Shown piece after piece: positions 47,770-57,759 of a stretch of DNA of 64,000 nucleotides. How positions within the stretch are numbered: the first letter of the stretch is position 1; the number at the start of each line of letters is the position of its first letter. Under the pieces are notes generated by a model, which did no database searches, was not told where the DNA came from, and worked only from the letters and a program-made list of their open reading frames with translations. The translations under genes were made by a program, and so were the position numbers. This stretch comes from Planctomycetota bacterium (GTDB lineage: Bacteria; Planctomycetota; GCA-002687715; CAIWVZ01), in NCBI GenBank assembly GCA_044222185.1, contig JBGANV010000005.1, positions 64,001 through 128,000 of the forward strand, read 5' to 3'.

Positions 47770-50595
47770 ATGACCCTCGGACTCGTCACTCGCGCTGCGA
47801 TCGTGACCTCCATTCTCGCGCTGAGCTGCGTGATCAGCTTGAACCAGCGGACGCCGGAGTCGCCTCCGAATGCCACGCCTTCGCGGCGCACGGAGCCTGC
47901 CCTTCCATCCATGACGCCGGAGCGCCTGGACTTGATCAGCCGCCTCCGGGCGATGAGCCCCGCTGAGCGCGCTGGCATCTGCTGCTGTTTCGCGCCCAAC
48001 ACGGATCCATCCGTCGTCGCCATGATCAACGAGATCATCGAGGCGGGAATCGACTTCCGACCGGACATCCGCTGGACCACGACGGCGTCGAACCCCAATG
48101 GCACTGGCCTCCTGAACGAGCCGATCACGATCCGATACAGCGTCGTTCCGGACGGGACTGCCATCTACGGATCTGCCGGTGAGGCCTCTGCACCGAGCAA
48201 CCTGGTGGCAGCGTTCAACGCGCAGTTCGGCTCCCCGGCAGTCTGGATGAACCTCGTTCACCAGGTCATGAACCGGTGGTCGGCGCTGAGCGGCATCACC
48301 TACGTCTACGAGCCCAATGACGACGGCGCCCAGCTCGGAACCGTGCAGGGAGCGGTGGGGATCCGCGGCGACGTGCGCATCAGCGGACACACGATCGACG
48401 GTCCGTTCGGCATCCTCGCCTACAATTTCTTCCCCGAGAACGGCGACATGGTGATCGACACATCCGACGTCGCGCTATTCGGCGATCCGACGTCCAACTT
48501 CCGCTACCTGCGGAACACGCTGGCACACGAGGCCGGCCACGGTCTGGGGCTCCGCCACGTCTGCCCCACCAACAGCACGAAGCTGATGGAGCCGTACATC
48601 ACGACAGCCTTCGATGGTCCCCAGTCCGACGACGTGATGGGCGCCCAGTACCACTACGGCGACGACATGGAGCCGAACCAGACGACGGCGACGGCCCGCG
48701 ATCTGGGCTGGCGCGGAAACGGCGCGTTCTCCGTGAACGACGTTTCCTGTGACGCCTTCGGAGACGTCGACTGCTTCAAGTTCAGCGTCGTCGGTGGAAA
48801 GCGCGCCACCATCTCGGTCCAACCCCAGGGATCCACTTACCTGGAGGGGCCGCAGACCGGTGGAGGCTGCACTCCCGGCACCCTTTTCAACTCGCTGACC
48901 GTCGCAAACCTCGCCATCGACCTCATCGGCCCGAACGGTTCGACCGTCATGGCGACTGCCGACCAGAATCCGGCGGGGCTTGGCGAGGTCCTGACGAACA
49001 TGGCCCTCGGCGCAACGCCCGGAGCCTGGTTCATCCGAGTGCGCACGACCGCGCAGACCGGCCCGCAGGCATACTCGCTCACCGTCTCCATCTCGGACGC
49101 AACAACCCCGCCCACGCCCCCGTGCTTCGTTGGGCCGATCGCGAGGCAGGCGACCGGGACACAGCCTGGAAGTGCCGTGCTCGCGGACGTCAACAACGAC
49201 GGGAAGCTCGACGTGATCTGCTCGAACCGATCGACGGACACGGTGTCGGTCCACCTCGGCAACGGGGCCGGTGGACTGGGGAACGGTACGACGATCCCAG
49301 TCGGGAACTTCCCGCAGGGAATCGCGGTCGCCGACCTCAACGGTGACTCGATCAAGGACATCGTGTGCGTGAACCGCCAGGCCGCTTCGGGTCAGACGAT
49401 CTCGATTCTCCGCGGTCAAGGCTCGAACAGCTTCGGAAACGGAACGTTCATTCCGTGGGGCTCCCGCGACTGCGGGGGCACCTTGCCCCGCGCGGTGGCT
49501 GCTGCCGATCTCGACGGCGACGGCGACCGGGATCTCGTCGTGACCAACGAGGGGACCCACAACATCCAGGTCCGCCGTAATGATGGTGTTGGGACATTCC
49601 TGAACGCGGACACGTTCCTGCTCCCAACGCCTGGCGCGCCAGATCAGGTCGTGATCAAGGACATCGACCACCAGAACGGGGCCGACATCATCGTGTCGAT
49701 CAATTCGGCACCAGGGCAGATCCAGATCTTCCGCAATGCGCACGCGGCGACGCTCTCGGCGTCCTTCCCGACGAGCCTGCGCAGCACGATCCAGATCGGC
49801 TCCAACATCCGGGGCCTTGCGGTCGGCGACGTCAACAACGATGGGAATCAGGACATCGTAGCTGTCAGCTGGGTGCTCCCGGCGGGACAGGTGCACGTGC
49901 TGCTCGGCAATGGTCAAGGAGCGTTCACGCTGGCATCGACGTTCACCATCGGGGCACGACCGCTGGACCTTCAACTGGCGGATTTCAACGTTGACGGGAA
50001 ACTTGACGCTGTGGTCGTCAACGAGAACTCGAACACGATCAGCGTCCTCGAGGGCGACGGGACGGGGCAGTTTGCCCGCGAGTGCTGCCTTGGCACCGGG
50101 CCGGCACCCGTCTCCGTCGCGGTTGGCGACATGAATGGCGACAACCACACGGACATGGCCGTGACTGTGCGCAATGCGAACCAGATCTGGACGTGGGTCA
50201 ATGCCGCCGGCAGCCTCACGGTCCCCCGGACCTACTCCGCGCAAGCATCGCTCCCCCTCGCGTTGCCGATCGTTGCACCCGGCTTGCCCAACCAGCCATA
50301 CGGAGTGCTCCTGAGCGTCAGCCCGCCACACCCGGCGACCACATTTGGAGCTGGGGTCATCGCCCTGACGCCAGACGCCGTGACGGCCGCTGGCATTCAG
50401 TTGGCCATGGCGGATTCGCCGTGGCTGCCCAACGGGATCGGAACGCTTGATTCGACCGGAAACGCGACAGCGTTCTTCGTCCCTCAGGTATCGTTCTCGC
50501 CCACCCTCGTCGGCCTCGTGCTTCGCTTCAACGTGGTCGTTGGGGCCTCGACAGACAAGGCGATAAGCACGGTGCCGATGACGCTCGTACCGTAG
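47770..50595 (+). CDS. Secreted matrixin-like (M10) metalloprotease + PPC-like domain + FG-GAP/VCBS repeats + C-terminal domain
   Basis: HEAGHGLGLRH, Met-turn KLMEP, Cys-rich ICCCFAP; repeated D.N.DG..D motifs. Confidence 0.9.
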   Translation: MTLGLVTRAAIVTSILALSCVISLNQRTPESPPNATPSRRTEPALPSMTPERLDLISRLRAMSPAERAGICCCFAPNTDPSVVAMINEIIEAGIDFRPDIRWTTTASNPNGTGLLNEPITIRYSVVPDGTAIYGSAGEASAPSNLVAAFNAQFGSPAVWMNLVHQVMNRWSALSGITYVYEPNDDGAQLGTVQGAVGIRGDVRISGHTIDGPFGILAYNFFPENGDMVIDTSDVALFGDPTSNFRYLRNTLAHEAGHGLGLRHVCPTNSTKLMEPYITTAFDGPQSDDVMGAQYHYGDDMEPNQTTATARDLGWRGNGAFSVNDVSCDAFGDVDCFKFSVVGGKRATISVQPQGSTYLEGPQTGGGCTPGTLFNSLTVANLAIDLIGPNGSTVMATADQNPAGLGEVLTNMALGATPGAWFIRVRTTAQTGPQAYSLTVSISDATTPPTPPCFVGPIARQATGTQPGSAVLADVNNDGKLDVICSNRSTDTVSVHLGNGAGGLGNGTTIPVGNFPQGIAVADLNGDSIKDIVCVNRQAASGQTISILRGQGSNSFGNGTFIPWGSRDCGGTLPRAVAAADLDGDGDRDLVVTNEGTHNIQVRRNDGVGTFLNADTFLLPTPGAPDQVVIKDIDHQNGADIIVSINSAPGQIQIFRNAHAATLSASFPTSLRSTIQIGSNIRGLAVGDVNNDGNQDIVAVSWVLPAGQVHVLLGNGQGAFTLASTFTIGARPLDLQLADFNVDGKLDAVVVNENSNTISVLEGDGTGQFARECCLGTGPAPVSVAVGDMNGDNHTDMAVTVRNANQIWTWVNAAGSLTVPRTYSAQASLPLALPIVAPGLPNQPYGVLLSVSPPHPATTFGAGVIALTPDAVTAAGIQLAMADSPWLPNGIGTLDSTGNATAFFVPQVSFSPTLVGLVLRFNVVVGASTDKAISTVPMTLVP

Positions 50596-50713
50596 TCGCA
50601 AGTGTGAATGCTCGTCGTGCGCTCGTCCCCACCGACGGCCGCCGATGATCTCGGACTCGACGGCGGTGCAGCCGTCGGGCCGCACGAGTTACCGGTGGTG
50701 CTGGCGACATTGG

Positions 50714-52522
50714 TCACCTCCCCAACACCCCCGCCACGATCAGCAGCGCGACGGCGACGCCCATGAGGCTTTCGCCAGCGATCAGCCCGGAAGCGGCGGG
50801 GGTGACGTAGCGCTCGGCGAACGCGGGCTTCAGGCGGCGGAGGATGAGAGCGAGCAGGCCGCCGATGAACATGGAAACGGAGTTGGATCCGGGCACGACC
50901 ATGGCGAGCCCCAGCCCGGACGGCGACGGGACCCAGGCCTTCACGCGCTTGGGCGCGAACTTCTCGAGGAGCGCGAGGGCGACGCCGAGGACGAGCCCCA
51001 CGAGCACGGCCTGACGCGCCTCGCTGCCGAGCGCGCTGATCCCGTCGGCGAAGACCTTCGACACGTTCGCCCACACGACGCAGGACGGAGCGGGCCAGGC
51101 ATCGGAGCCGAGAACCTCGGGATTGGGGATGAGGAGGTTGAATGCCGGCACGATCACCGCGGCGCCGGCGATCACGCCGAAGAGCTGGGCGAAGAACTGG
51201 GCGCGCGGGCTGCCACCGAGCAGCTTGCCCGTCTTCAACGTCGTGAGGAGATCGGCCGCGTGCAGGCCCACTCCCCCGGTCACGTTGGCACTCATGATGT
51301 TGCCGGCGAGGTTGCCGGGCGTGAGCACGCCGTAGAGAAGCTGGGTCACGGGCCCGAGCGCCTTCGTCGGCGTGACGTCCGTGTCACCGGTCACGCGGGC
51401 TGCGACGAATCCCATGAGGACGGAGAGTGGCGCGGCGATCGCCCCGGCCCATACGGGGATGCCGAACAACGTCGTCATGAGAAACACGACGATCGGCGAG
51501 AGCACGATGAACCCCAGCGCGAACCATGCCGGAGGGACTTCCGTGCGCTCGATCGGCTCGTCGCGGCGCCCGAACGCGCCGGTCATGCCGGAGAACGCCC
51601 GTGCCACGCTCCGCCAGTCGAGCAGGAACGACGTCAGTCCCGAGGCCACGAGGATCGCTGCGCCCGGCCAGACCGACCACCCGACGATGAGTTTGTACGA
51701 CGGGCTGGCGATCACGCCGCGGGCGACGAGGTCCGGCGCGAGCACGCCGTAGGTCAGGACGCCTCCGAGCAGGAGCGACCAGGTTGTGCGGAAGCTCATG
51801 AGCGCGCCCGCGCCGACGAGGACGACCTCCGCTTTGATGGCCAACGTCCAGTCGGTCGCGGCCCGGCCGGCGATCTTCAGGGGAACGGGAAGCACACCGG
51901 GAACGTTGAACGGCATCCACGCCGCCTTCGCATCGCGAAACCACGTGAGGATGGCGGCAGCCGCCGCGGCGATCCCGAGCGCCTTCGACTTGGCGCGACC
52001 GTCGGATGCGGCGACGCTGGCGGCGCCGGCCGAGTCCCCCGCGTGAAGCGATCGGATCGTCTCCGCCGTCGCCGTGCCCGTGGGGAACACGAGCGCCTCC
52101 ACGTCGATGAGCTGGCGCTTGATCGGGATCGCGACGAACACGCCCAGCGCCGCGATCGCCCCGAACCACGCGATCATCGCCGTCGAGTCGGGCCGCGCCG
52201 TCGTCACCATGAGGAGCGCGCCGAACGCCGCCATGTTGCCGCCGCCGGTCATGTAACCCGCGCCGGACGCCACGGTCGTGAGCACGTTGTTCTCGAGCGC
52301 GAGCAACGGGCGCTTCGCGATGCCCGCGGCGCGCAATCCGCCGAACAGCGCGAAGGCCAGGATCGCCGCCGTGATCGTCACGCCCATGGACCACCCCGTC
52401 TTGAAGAAGACGTAGAGGTTCGAGAGGCACATGACGACGCCGAGCAACATGCCGGCGATCACGGCGCGAACGGTGAGTTCGGACGGAGATGAAGACGTCG
52501 GATTCGTTGTGCTCGGATTCAT
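50714..52522 (-). CDS. OPT family oligopeptide transporter
   Basis: ELTVRA, LENNVLTT, FPTGTATA, TGDTDVTP, LKTGKLLG, ASGLIAGESL; many TM segments. Confidence 0.92.
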   Translation of the reverse strand: MNPSTTNPTSSSPSELTVRAVIAGMLLGVVMCLSNLYVFFKTGWSMGVTITAAILAFALFGGLRAAGIAKRPLLALENNVLTTVASGAGYMTGGGNMAAFGALLMVTTARPDSTAMIAWFGAIAALGVFVAIPIKRQLIDVEALVFPTGTATAETIRSLHAGDSAGAASVAASDGRAKSKALGIAAAAAAILTWFRDAKAAWMPFNVPGVLPVPLKIAGRAATDWTLAIKAEVVLVGAGALMSFRTTWSLLLGGVLTYGVLAPDLVARGVIASPSYKLIVGWSVWPGAAILVASGLTSFLLDWRSVARAFSGMTGAFGRRDEPIERTEVPPAWFALGFIVLSPIVVFLMTTLFGIPVWAGAIAAPLSVLMGFVAARVTGDTDVTPTKALGPVTQLLYGVLTPGNLAGNIMSANVTGGVGLHAADLLTTLKTGKLLGGSPRAQFFAQLFGVIAGAAVIVPAFNLLIPNPEVLGSDAWPAPSCVVWANVSKVFADGISALGSEARQAVLVGLVLGVALALLEKFAPKRVKAWVPSPSGLGLAMVVPGSNSVSMFIGGLLALILRRLKPAFAERYVTPAASGLIAGESLMGVAVALLIVAGVLGR

Positions 52523-52965
52523 CGGGGCCCTTGTGGGGCCGGATCTTATCCGGACCGGACCATTCGGTGCCCGAATGCGGGCGGCAGGCACGGTGCCGGT
52601 CTCGTGCTGACCGTCCTGATCTGCGCCGGTGTGGTGGGAGCGCTCGTGATCGCTCCGCTGCGCGCCGCATCATCAGGGGCCGGCGCGGGGAGGCGGGGAC
52701 GCGGAACCGACGAGTTCAAGCCGCACAGCCCTGGCCGAGATGGTTCGGCGGGGCATGTTGCTCCGCCGCGGAAGGGCCGGCCGTGCGCGCCCCATCGGGC
52801 AACGAAGAGATCGGCCCGTCCCGCCGCAGCGGCTGCGACGCGCGTTCAGCGGGCCGGTCCCCCGTCATCGCCCCGGCCTCGGTGTGCGCGTCGCGCCACG
52901 GCGACGATCTCGCGCGGGATCGCGGCGGTGGCCCCGATCCGGAAGGCACTTCGCGTGACGCCTGC

Positions 52966-54294
52966 TCATCGTCGAGGCGACGTCCCGACCCGATAGGGCG
53001 CCAGCGACCTGACGTCCAGCACCCAGCAGAGGAACTCATCGCGGGCCTGGAGCGTGGCGTTCAAGTCGCCCTTGCCCGCCATCTCGGCGATCCGCCGGAT
53101 GCGACCTGTCATCGCGGCAAGGTCACTGCCCGTCGACCTGTCGATGGGTCGACCTTCGCTCACATGCGACACGATCGCCCCGATCTCCTTCGCTTCCACG
53201 GCCGCGCCCTCTGCCAGGGCGGCAAGAGTCATACCCGTGGCGAACGCCGCGCGAAGCACGCCGCCGTTCGCGAGAACGCTGCGCTCGACGGTCGCGCAGT
53301 CCTTCGCCCCCTGCTCCGCGGCGAGCAGTCGCTCCTCGAGGTCGCCGACCTCCTGGATCCCACCATCCCGTTGACGTCGAATCTCCGCGCGCAGCTCCGC
53401 CGCAACCCTCTCACGCATCTCGCGCTCGGCCTGGAGTGAGCTCCACTGCCGCAGAATCGCAAAACGCATTGCCATGCGCAGCGCTTCGACGGGGCGGCCG
53501 GCCGTCATGAGCTCCGCCTCCCTGTTCGCGAGCTCGTTGAGGCATTCGCCGGTGCACGGATATGACGTGAACGAGAGGAGGTCCTTCGCGATCTCCGTGG
53601 AAGGTCCGCTGGAGTCGGGCACGGGCCTCGATTCGAGGGCGGGAATCGCCACCGCCTCCTGCCAGATCGCATCGCACGTGCTCAACGCAGTCGCCTGGTC
53701 GCCCGCATCGAGCGAAGCGACGATCCCCTCGGTCTTCGTCAATAGCGCCATCGCTCGCTCCTTGGATGGCTCGGACAGGGGCCCGCACCGCTCTCCGGAC
53801 GGCCCAGGAACCTGGTCACCATGAGTGATCCAATGCCGGATGCCGTCGGCCGTGGCCTGAAGCTGCGCTCGAATCTCCTTGGGTTCTTGCGTCGCGGCGT
53901 CGCAGAGGAAGCCACCGTGGACGGCGGTGATGAACCGGACGTCCTCGCCGGTCGTATTCGCGATCTGCCAGGCCGCTCGAATCTTGGCGAACTCCGCGAT
54001 CAGCTTCGCGACCTCGACGGTCCCGCGAGGCGTCGCCTGGTGAGCGGCGAAATCGTAGTAGGCACGACGGCACGCAACCGCCGACGCCGCGACCGGGTCG
54101 TGCAATTCCACCCGCAGTTTCGATTCCTCGTCCTGCCACCGTTTCAGGCGGTCGTCGATCGAGGGCTCGCCCTTGCAGAGCGACGGGACGGGGAGTTCCC
54201 GCGGTTCAGCCGTGGCTTTCGGCCGAGAGTCCTGAGCTACGAGGGCCGTGGCCAGAAACGTGACGGAGATGATGAGCGTCGTGGTGAATTGCAT
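52966..54294 (-). CDS. Secreted helical hypothetical protein
   Basis: Signal peptide MQFTTTLIISVTFLATALVA-QDSRP; coiled-coil-like segments; no family recognised. Confidence 0.7.
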   Translation of the reverse strand: MQFTTTLIISVTFLATALVAQDSRPKATAEPRELPVPSLCKGEPSIDDRLKRWQDEESKLRVELHDPVAASAVACRRAYYDFAAHQATPRGTVEVAKLIAEFAKIRAAWQIANTTGEDVRFITAVHGGFLCDAATQEPKEIRAQLQATADGIRHWITHGDQVPGPSGERCGPLSEPSKERAMALLTKTEGIVASLDAGDQATALSTCDAIWQEAVAIPALESRPVPDSSGPSTEIAKDLLSFTSYPCTGECLNELANREAELMTAGRPVEALRMAMRFAILRQWSSLQAEREMRERVAAELRAEIRRQRDGGIQEVGDLEERLLAAEQGAKDCATVERSVLANGGVLRAAFATGMTLAALAEGAAVEAKEIGAIVSHVSEGRPIDRSTGSDLAAMTGRIRRIAEMAGKGDLNATLQARDEFLCWVLDVRSLAPYRVGTSPRR

Positions 54295-54541
54295 GCCTAC
54301 ACCAGCGGAACGGCTCGTTCCCCGTTGCACGGACGATGCGAAATACGGGCGACTCGATCGGGCTCCGGGAGATCGCCGAACGGGGTCCCGCCGCGCCGCC
54401 AACGCCGCCCCGGGGATCGATCGCGGCCCGCGGGTGCACGACTCGATGCGATCGCCGCGGGCGCCGTTCCGCCCCGCGAACGTGATCGCGGGCGCGACGT
54501 CGCGTCGCCCGGGAAACGGCAGTCGGCCTCCTGGCGTCCGG

Positions 54542-55348
54542 TCAGTCGACCCGATGGTCGCGGTCGCCCGCGGCGACGCCTTCGAGCAGCGCCTGCGCGA
54601 CGCAGAGCTGGAGGCTGTCGGACTCGACGGGCACGTCGCAGGTCTGGAACGTCATCTCGACGACTTCCAGGCCGAGCATGCGGCGGAAGAGCTGGAACGC
54701 CTGGTGATGCAGGGCATCCATCACGTCATCGCGGTCCGCGAATTGCCGATCGACGAGGGCGCGACCGAGGCGAACCTTCTCGCGACGACAGCCGTCGACG
54801 ACGCTCTCGAGGTCAGGCCCGGAGATCACCTTCCGGTCGACGAGGATGTCCCCCAGGCGGAGCCCCTTGGGCGTCGCAGTACCGACGGCCGAGGTGATCT
54901 CGCCATTCGACAGCTGGATGTAGAACGTCTCGTTGGGTGTGCGAATCCGAGCCTCGCCGGTCTTCTGGTTCAGCGCCAGGAACTGGAGGATCTCGGCCGG
55001 GGAGAAGTCGCTCGGCGGGAACGTCACCGCAACCCCTGGTTCGCGCTTCACGGCCGGGTTGACGGGCACGGCAGGGCGCGTCGCGGCGGCGCGAGTCAGG
55101 ACGTCCTGGAAGGCCAGGGCCACGGGGCTCGTGCGCGCCGTGCCGTCGCGCGCACCGGCCCGGGCCCGCTTCTCGGCGTATCGGACGATGGCGTCCTCGA
55201 GTGCGGCGAGCAGCGGCCGGATGCGGGCGTACGCGCCGCGCTCCGTGATCGACGTGATCCGGACGTCGTAGTCGCGGACCTTGCGGGACAGCGCCCGGCA
55301 GTCGTCGATGATCTGGTCCAGTTGGCTGTTTCTGGCGGTGGCTGTCAC
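54542..55348 (-). CDS. DUF4388 domain protein with GSPII_N-like segment
   Basis: SDFSPAEILQFLALNQKTGEARI, RLGDILV, RLGRALV. Confidence 0.8.
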   Translation of the reverse strand: MTATARNSQLDQIIDDCRALSRKVRDYDVRITSITERGAYARIRPLLAALEDAIVRYAEKRARAGARDGTARTSPVALAFQDVLTRAAATRPAVPVNPAVKREPGVAVTFPPSDFSPAEILQFLALNQKTGEARIRTPNETFYIQLSNGEITSAVGTATPKGLRLGDILVDRKVISGPDLESVVDGCRREKVRLGRALVDRQFADRDDVMDALHHQAFQLFRRMLGLEVVEMTFQTCDVPVESDSLQLCVAQALLEGVAAGDRDHRVD

Positions 55349-55543
55349 GCACCCTCTCCCGAGGGCACCGAGGGAGCGGCGCCCACTCCGTTCAGATATC
55401 GGCGCCCCTCATCCGGGAAATGAAGCTCCCCGCGTTGGATAGGCGGCCTCGCGTCAGGAGGACGCCATCCGGCGACGTCCCACACCCATGCCGCTCGCTT
55501 GCGTTGACGGCGGGCGCCCCGCATCCTCGTGCGGAGAATTCCC

Positions 55544-56797
55544 ATGATTCGCACGTTGCGACCCCATGTGGTCACCGTGGTGTCCGGGCTGGTCCTCGGC
55601 GTCGTGCTCGCGGGACCGACTCACGGTCAGGACAAGAAGCCGGCGGACCCGAAACCCGTCGCGCCGAAGCCTCTCCAGGGGATGCTCTACTACCGCAAGC
55701 ACATAGCGGATGCGGTTGCACTGGGAGGCGCGACGCCGGAATCCGAACGGATGGTGAGCGCGGGCCTCGACTGGCTGAAGCGCCACCAGGAAGACGACGG
55801 GAGCTGGAGTTGCTCCAACTTCCGACGGCGATGCAAGGAGGTGAACGACAACCCCTACCGCTGCGAGAACAAGGGGAACGCACTTTACGACGTCGGTGTC
55901 AGCGCGCTCGCCGTGCTGGCCTTCCTCGGGGCGGGTCGAACGGACGCCGACGGGCCTGACACGGACACCGTGCAGCGGGGGCTGAGCTGGCTCAAATCGC
56001 AGCAGGACGCCCGCGGTCTCATCGGCTCGACCGAGGACCAGCGGTACATGTACGGCCACGTGATCGCCACGAACGTGATGGTCGAGGCTGCCGCCCTGAA
56101 CCCCGCTGGAGGGTGGCGCGCGTGCGCCGACAAGGCCCTGGACTACCTCCTCAAGATGCAGGCGAAGAAGCAGGGTTGGCGGTACGGCGAGAAGTCACAA
56201 GACAGCGACGTCACCGTGACCGCATGGGCCGTCATGGCCCTGAAGACGGCGGACGTCGCGCACATCCGCTCGGCGACGAGCGTCATCGGCGACGCGTCGA
56301 ACTTCGTGAAGTCGGTCACGGACGAGAAGACGTTCCACGTGGGGTATCTGTCGAAGATGGACGGCCCGTTCCGTCTCGACGAGCAGGGTGAGCGCTTCCC
56401 CAAGTCCGAGTCCGAGTCGACGACCGCATGCGGCATGGTGATCAAGATCCTCGGTGGCGAAGAGCCGCGGATCTCCTCCCTCATCCGGGCGCAGAGCAAG
56501 CGCTGCCTCGACAAGCCGCCGGCGTGGAAGCGCGACGAAGGCGTGATCGACATCTACTACTGGCACTTCGCAACGCTCGCGATGTTCCAGCTCGCCGGCG
56601 AGGAATGGATGACGTGGCGCAACGCGATCTTCGATGCCGCCCAGCGCGCGCAGGTCAGCGAGGGGTGCGCGCGCGGCTCCTTCGACCCGCTCGATCCCTG
56701 GACCCGTTTCGGAGGCCGCATCTACTCCACGGCGATGATGACGCTCACGCTGGAGTCCGGCTATCGCTACGGGAGACTCTTCAAGACGTCGAAGTGA
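55544..56797 (+). CDS. Secreted prenyltransferase/squalene-oxidase repeat protein
   Basis: GLDWLKRHQEDDGSW, LSWLKSQQ, MYGHVIAT, GWRY, YYWHFAT, GGRIYSTA. Confidence 0.85.
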   Translation: MIRTLRPHVVTVVSGLVLGVVLAGPTHGQDKKPADPKPVAPKPLQGMLYYRKHIADAVALGGATPESERMVSAGLDWLKRHQEDDGSWSCSNFRRRCKEVNDNPYRCENKGNALYDVGVSALAVLAFLGAGRTDADGPDTDTVQRGLSWLKSQQDARGLIGSTEDQRYMYGHVIATNVMVEAAALNPAGGWRACADKALDYLLKMQAKKQGWRYGEKSQDSDVTVTAWAVMALKTADVAHIRSATSVIGDASNFVKSVTDEKTFHVGYLSKMDGPFRLDEQGERFPKSESESTTACGMVIKILGGEEPRISSLIRAQSKRCLDKPPAWKRDEGVIDIYYWHFATLAMFQLAGEEWMTWRNAIFDAAQRAQVSEGCARGSFDPLDPWTRFGGRIYSTAMMTLTLESGYRYGRLFKTSK

Positions 56798-56832
56798 CGC
56801 GCACGGCCCCCGGCCGAGGACTCACGAACACC

Positions 56833-57732
56833 ATGCACGATCCCGATCTCCGGCAGGCCCGAACGGAAGCCGCCAACGCCGCGACCCACAACCTCGATCT
56901 GCTTCCGACGCGGGAGATGCTGCTGCGCATCAACGACCAGGACCGACTGGTCGCGGAGGCGGTCCGCAAAGAAGTCGACGTCATCGCACAGGTGGTCGAC
57001 ATGGTCGCGGATGCATTCCGCAGTGGCGGTCGACTGCACCTGTTCGGAGCCGGGACCAGTGGACGCCTCGCCGTGCTGGACGCCTCCGAGTGTCCGCCCA
57101 CGTTCGGTGTCCCGGACGATCTTTTTCAGGGTCACATCGCCGGAGGCCGCCGGGCGGTGACGGACGCCGTCGAGGGTGCGGAGGATGACGCGGACCAGGG
57201 CGAGCGGGACGTCGCGATCGCCGGCGTCACGGCACTGGACGTCGTGATCGCGATCACGGCGAGCGGTCGCACGCCCTATTGCCTGGGCGTCGCACGCGCC
57301 GCGCGCCGCGCGGGAGCGCGAACCGTCGGGCTCGTATGCAACCCCGCAACGCCACTCCACACACTCACGTCACCGACGATCACCACGGTCACCGGTGAGG
57401 AGGTCCTGGCCGGGTCGACGCGCCTCAAGGCCGGTACCGCCCAGAAGCTGGTCCTGAACATGATCTCGACCGGCGCCATGATCCGCGTCGGTCGCACGTA
57501 CGGAAACCTGATGGTGGGCGTGCAGGCGAAGAACGTGAAGCTTCGCGAACGAGCCGCCCGCCTCGTCGCCGAGGTGACGGGCGACGAGGAACGCGCCCGG
57601 CCGGCGCTCGAAGCGTGCCGGTGGGACGTCCGCGTGGCGTGCCTCATGATCCGCCACGGCGTCGATGCAGCTGCCGCGGCGGAACGCCTCGAGCGCTCGC
57701 AGGGATCGCTGCGCCGCGCCCTCGAAGCGTGA
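56833..57732 (+). CDS. murQ: N-acetylmuramic acid 6-phosphate etherase
   Basis: GAGTSGRL, DASECPPTFG, EGAED, ASGRTPY, GSTRLKAGTAQKLVLNMIST. Confidence 0.96.
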   Translation: MHDPDLRQARTEAANAATHNLDLLPTREMLLRINDQDRLVAEAVRKEVDVIAQVVDMVADAFRSGGRLHLFGAGTSGRLAVLDASECPPTFGVPDDLFQGHIAGGRRAVTDAVEGAEDDADQGERDVAIAGVTALDVVIAITASGRTPYCLGVARAARRAGARTVGLVCNPATPLHTLTSPTITTVTGEEVLAGSTRLKAGTAQKLVLNMISTGAMIRVGRTYGNLMVGVQAKNVKLRERAARLVAEVTGDEERARPALEACRWDVRVACLMIRHGVDAAAAAERLERSQGSLRRALEA

Positions 57733-57759
57733 GGACGGCGTTGCGACCGTCGACGCGGC

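Noticed and set aside
19019-50713. Integrative element with att sites bounding the accessory region
   Set aside because: No integrase, tRNA or matching direct repeats seen at the two boundaries; the 13-bp match gactcgacggcgg near 37080 and 50655 is plausible by chance
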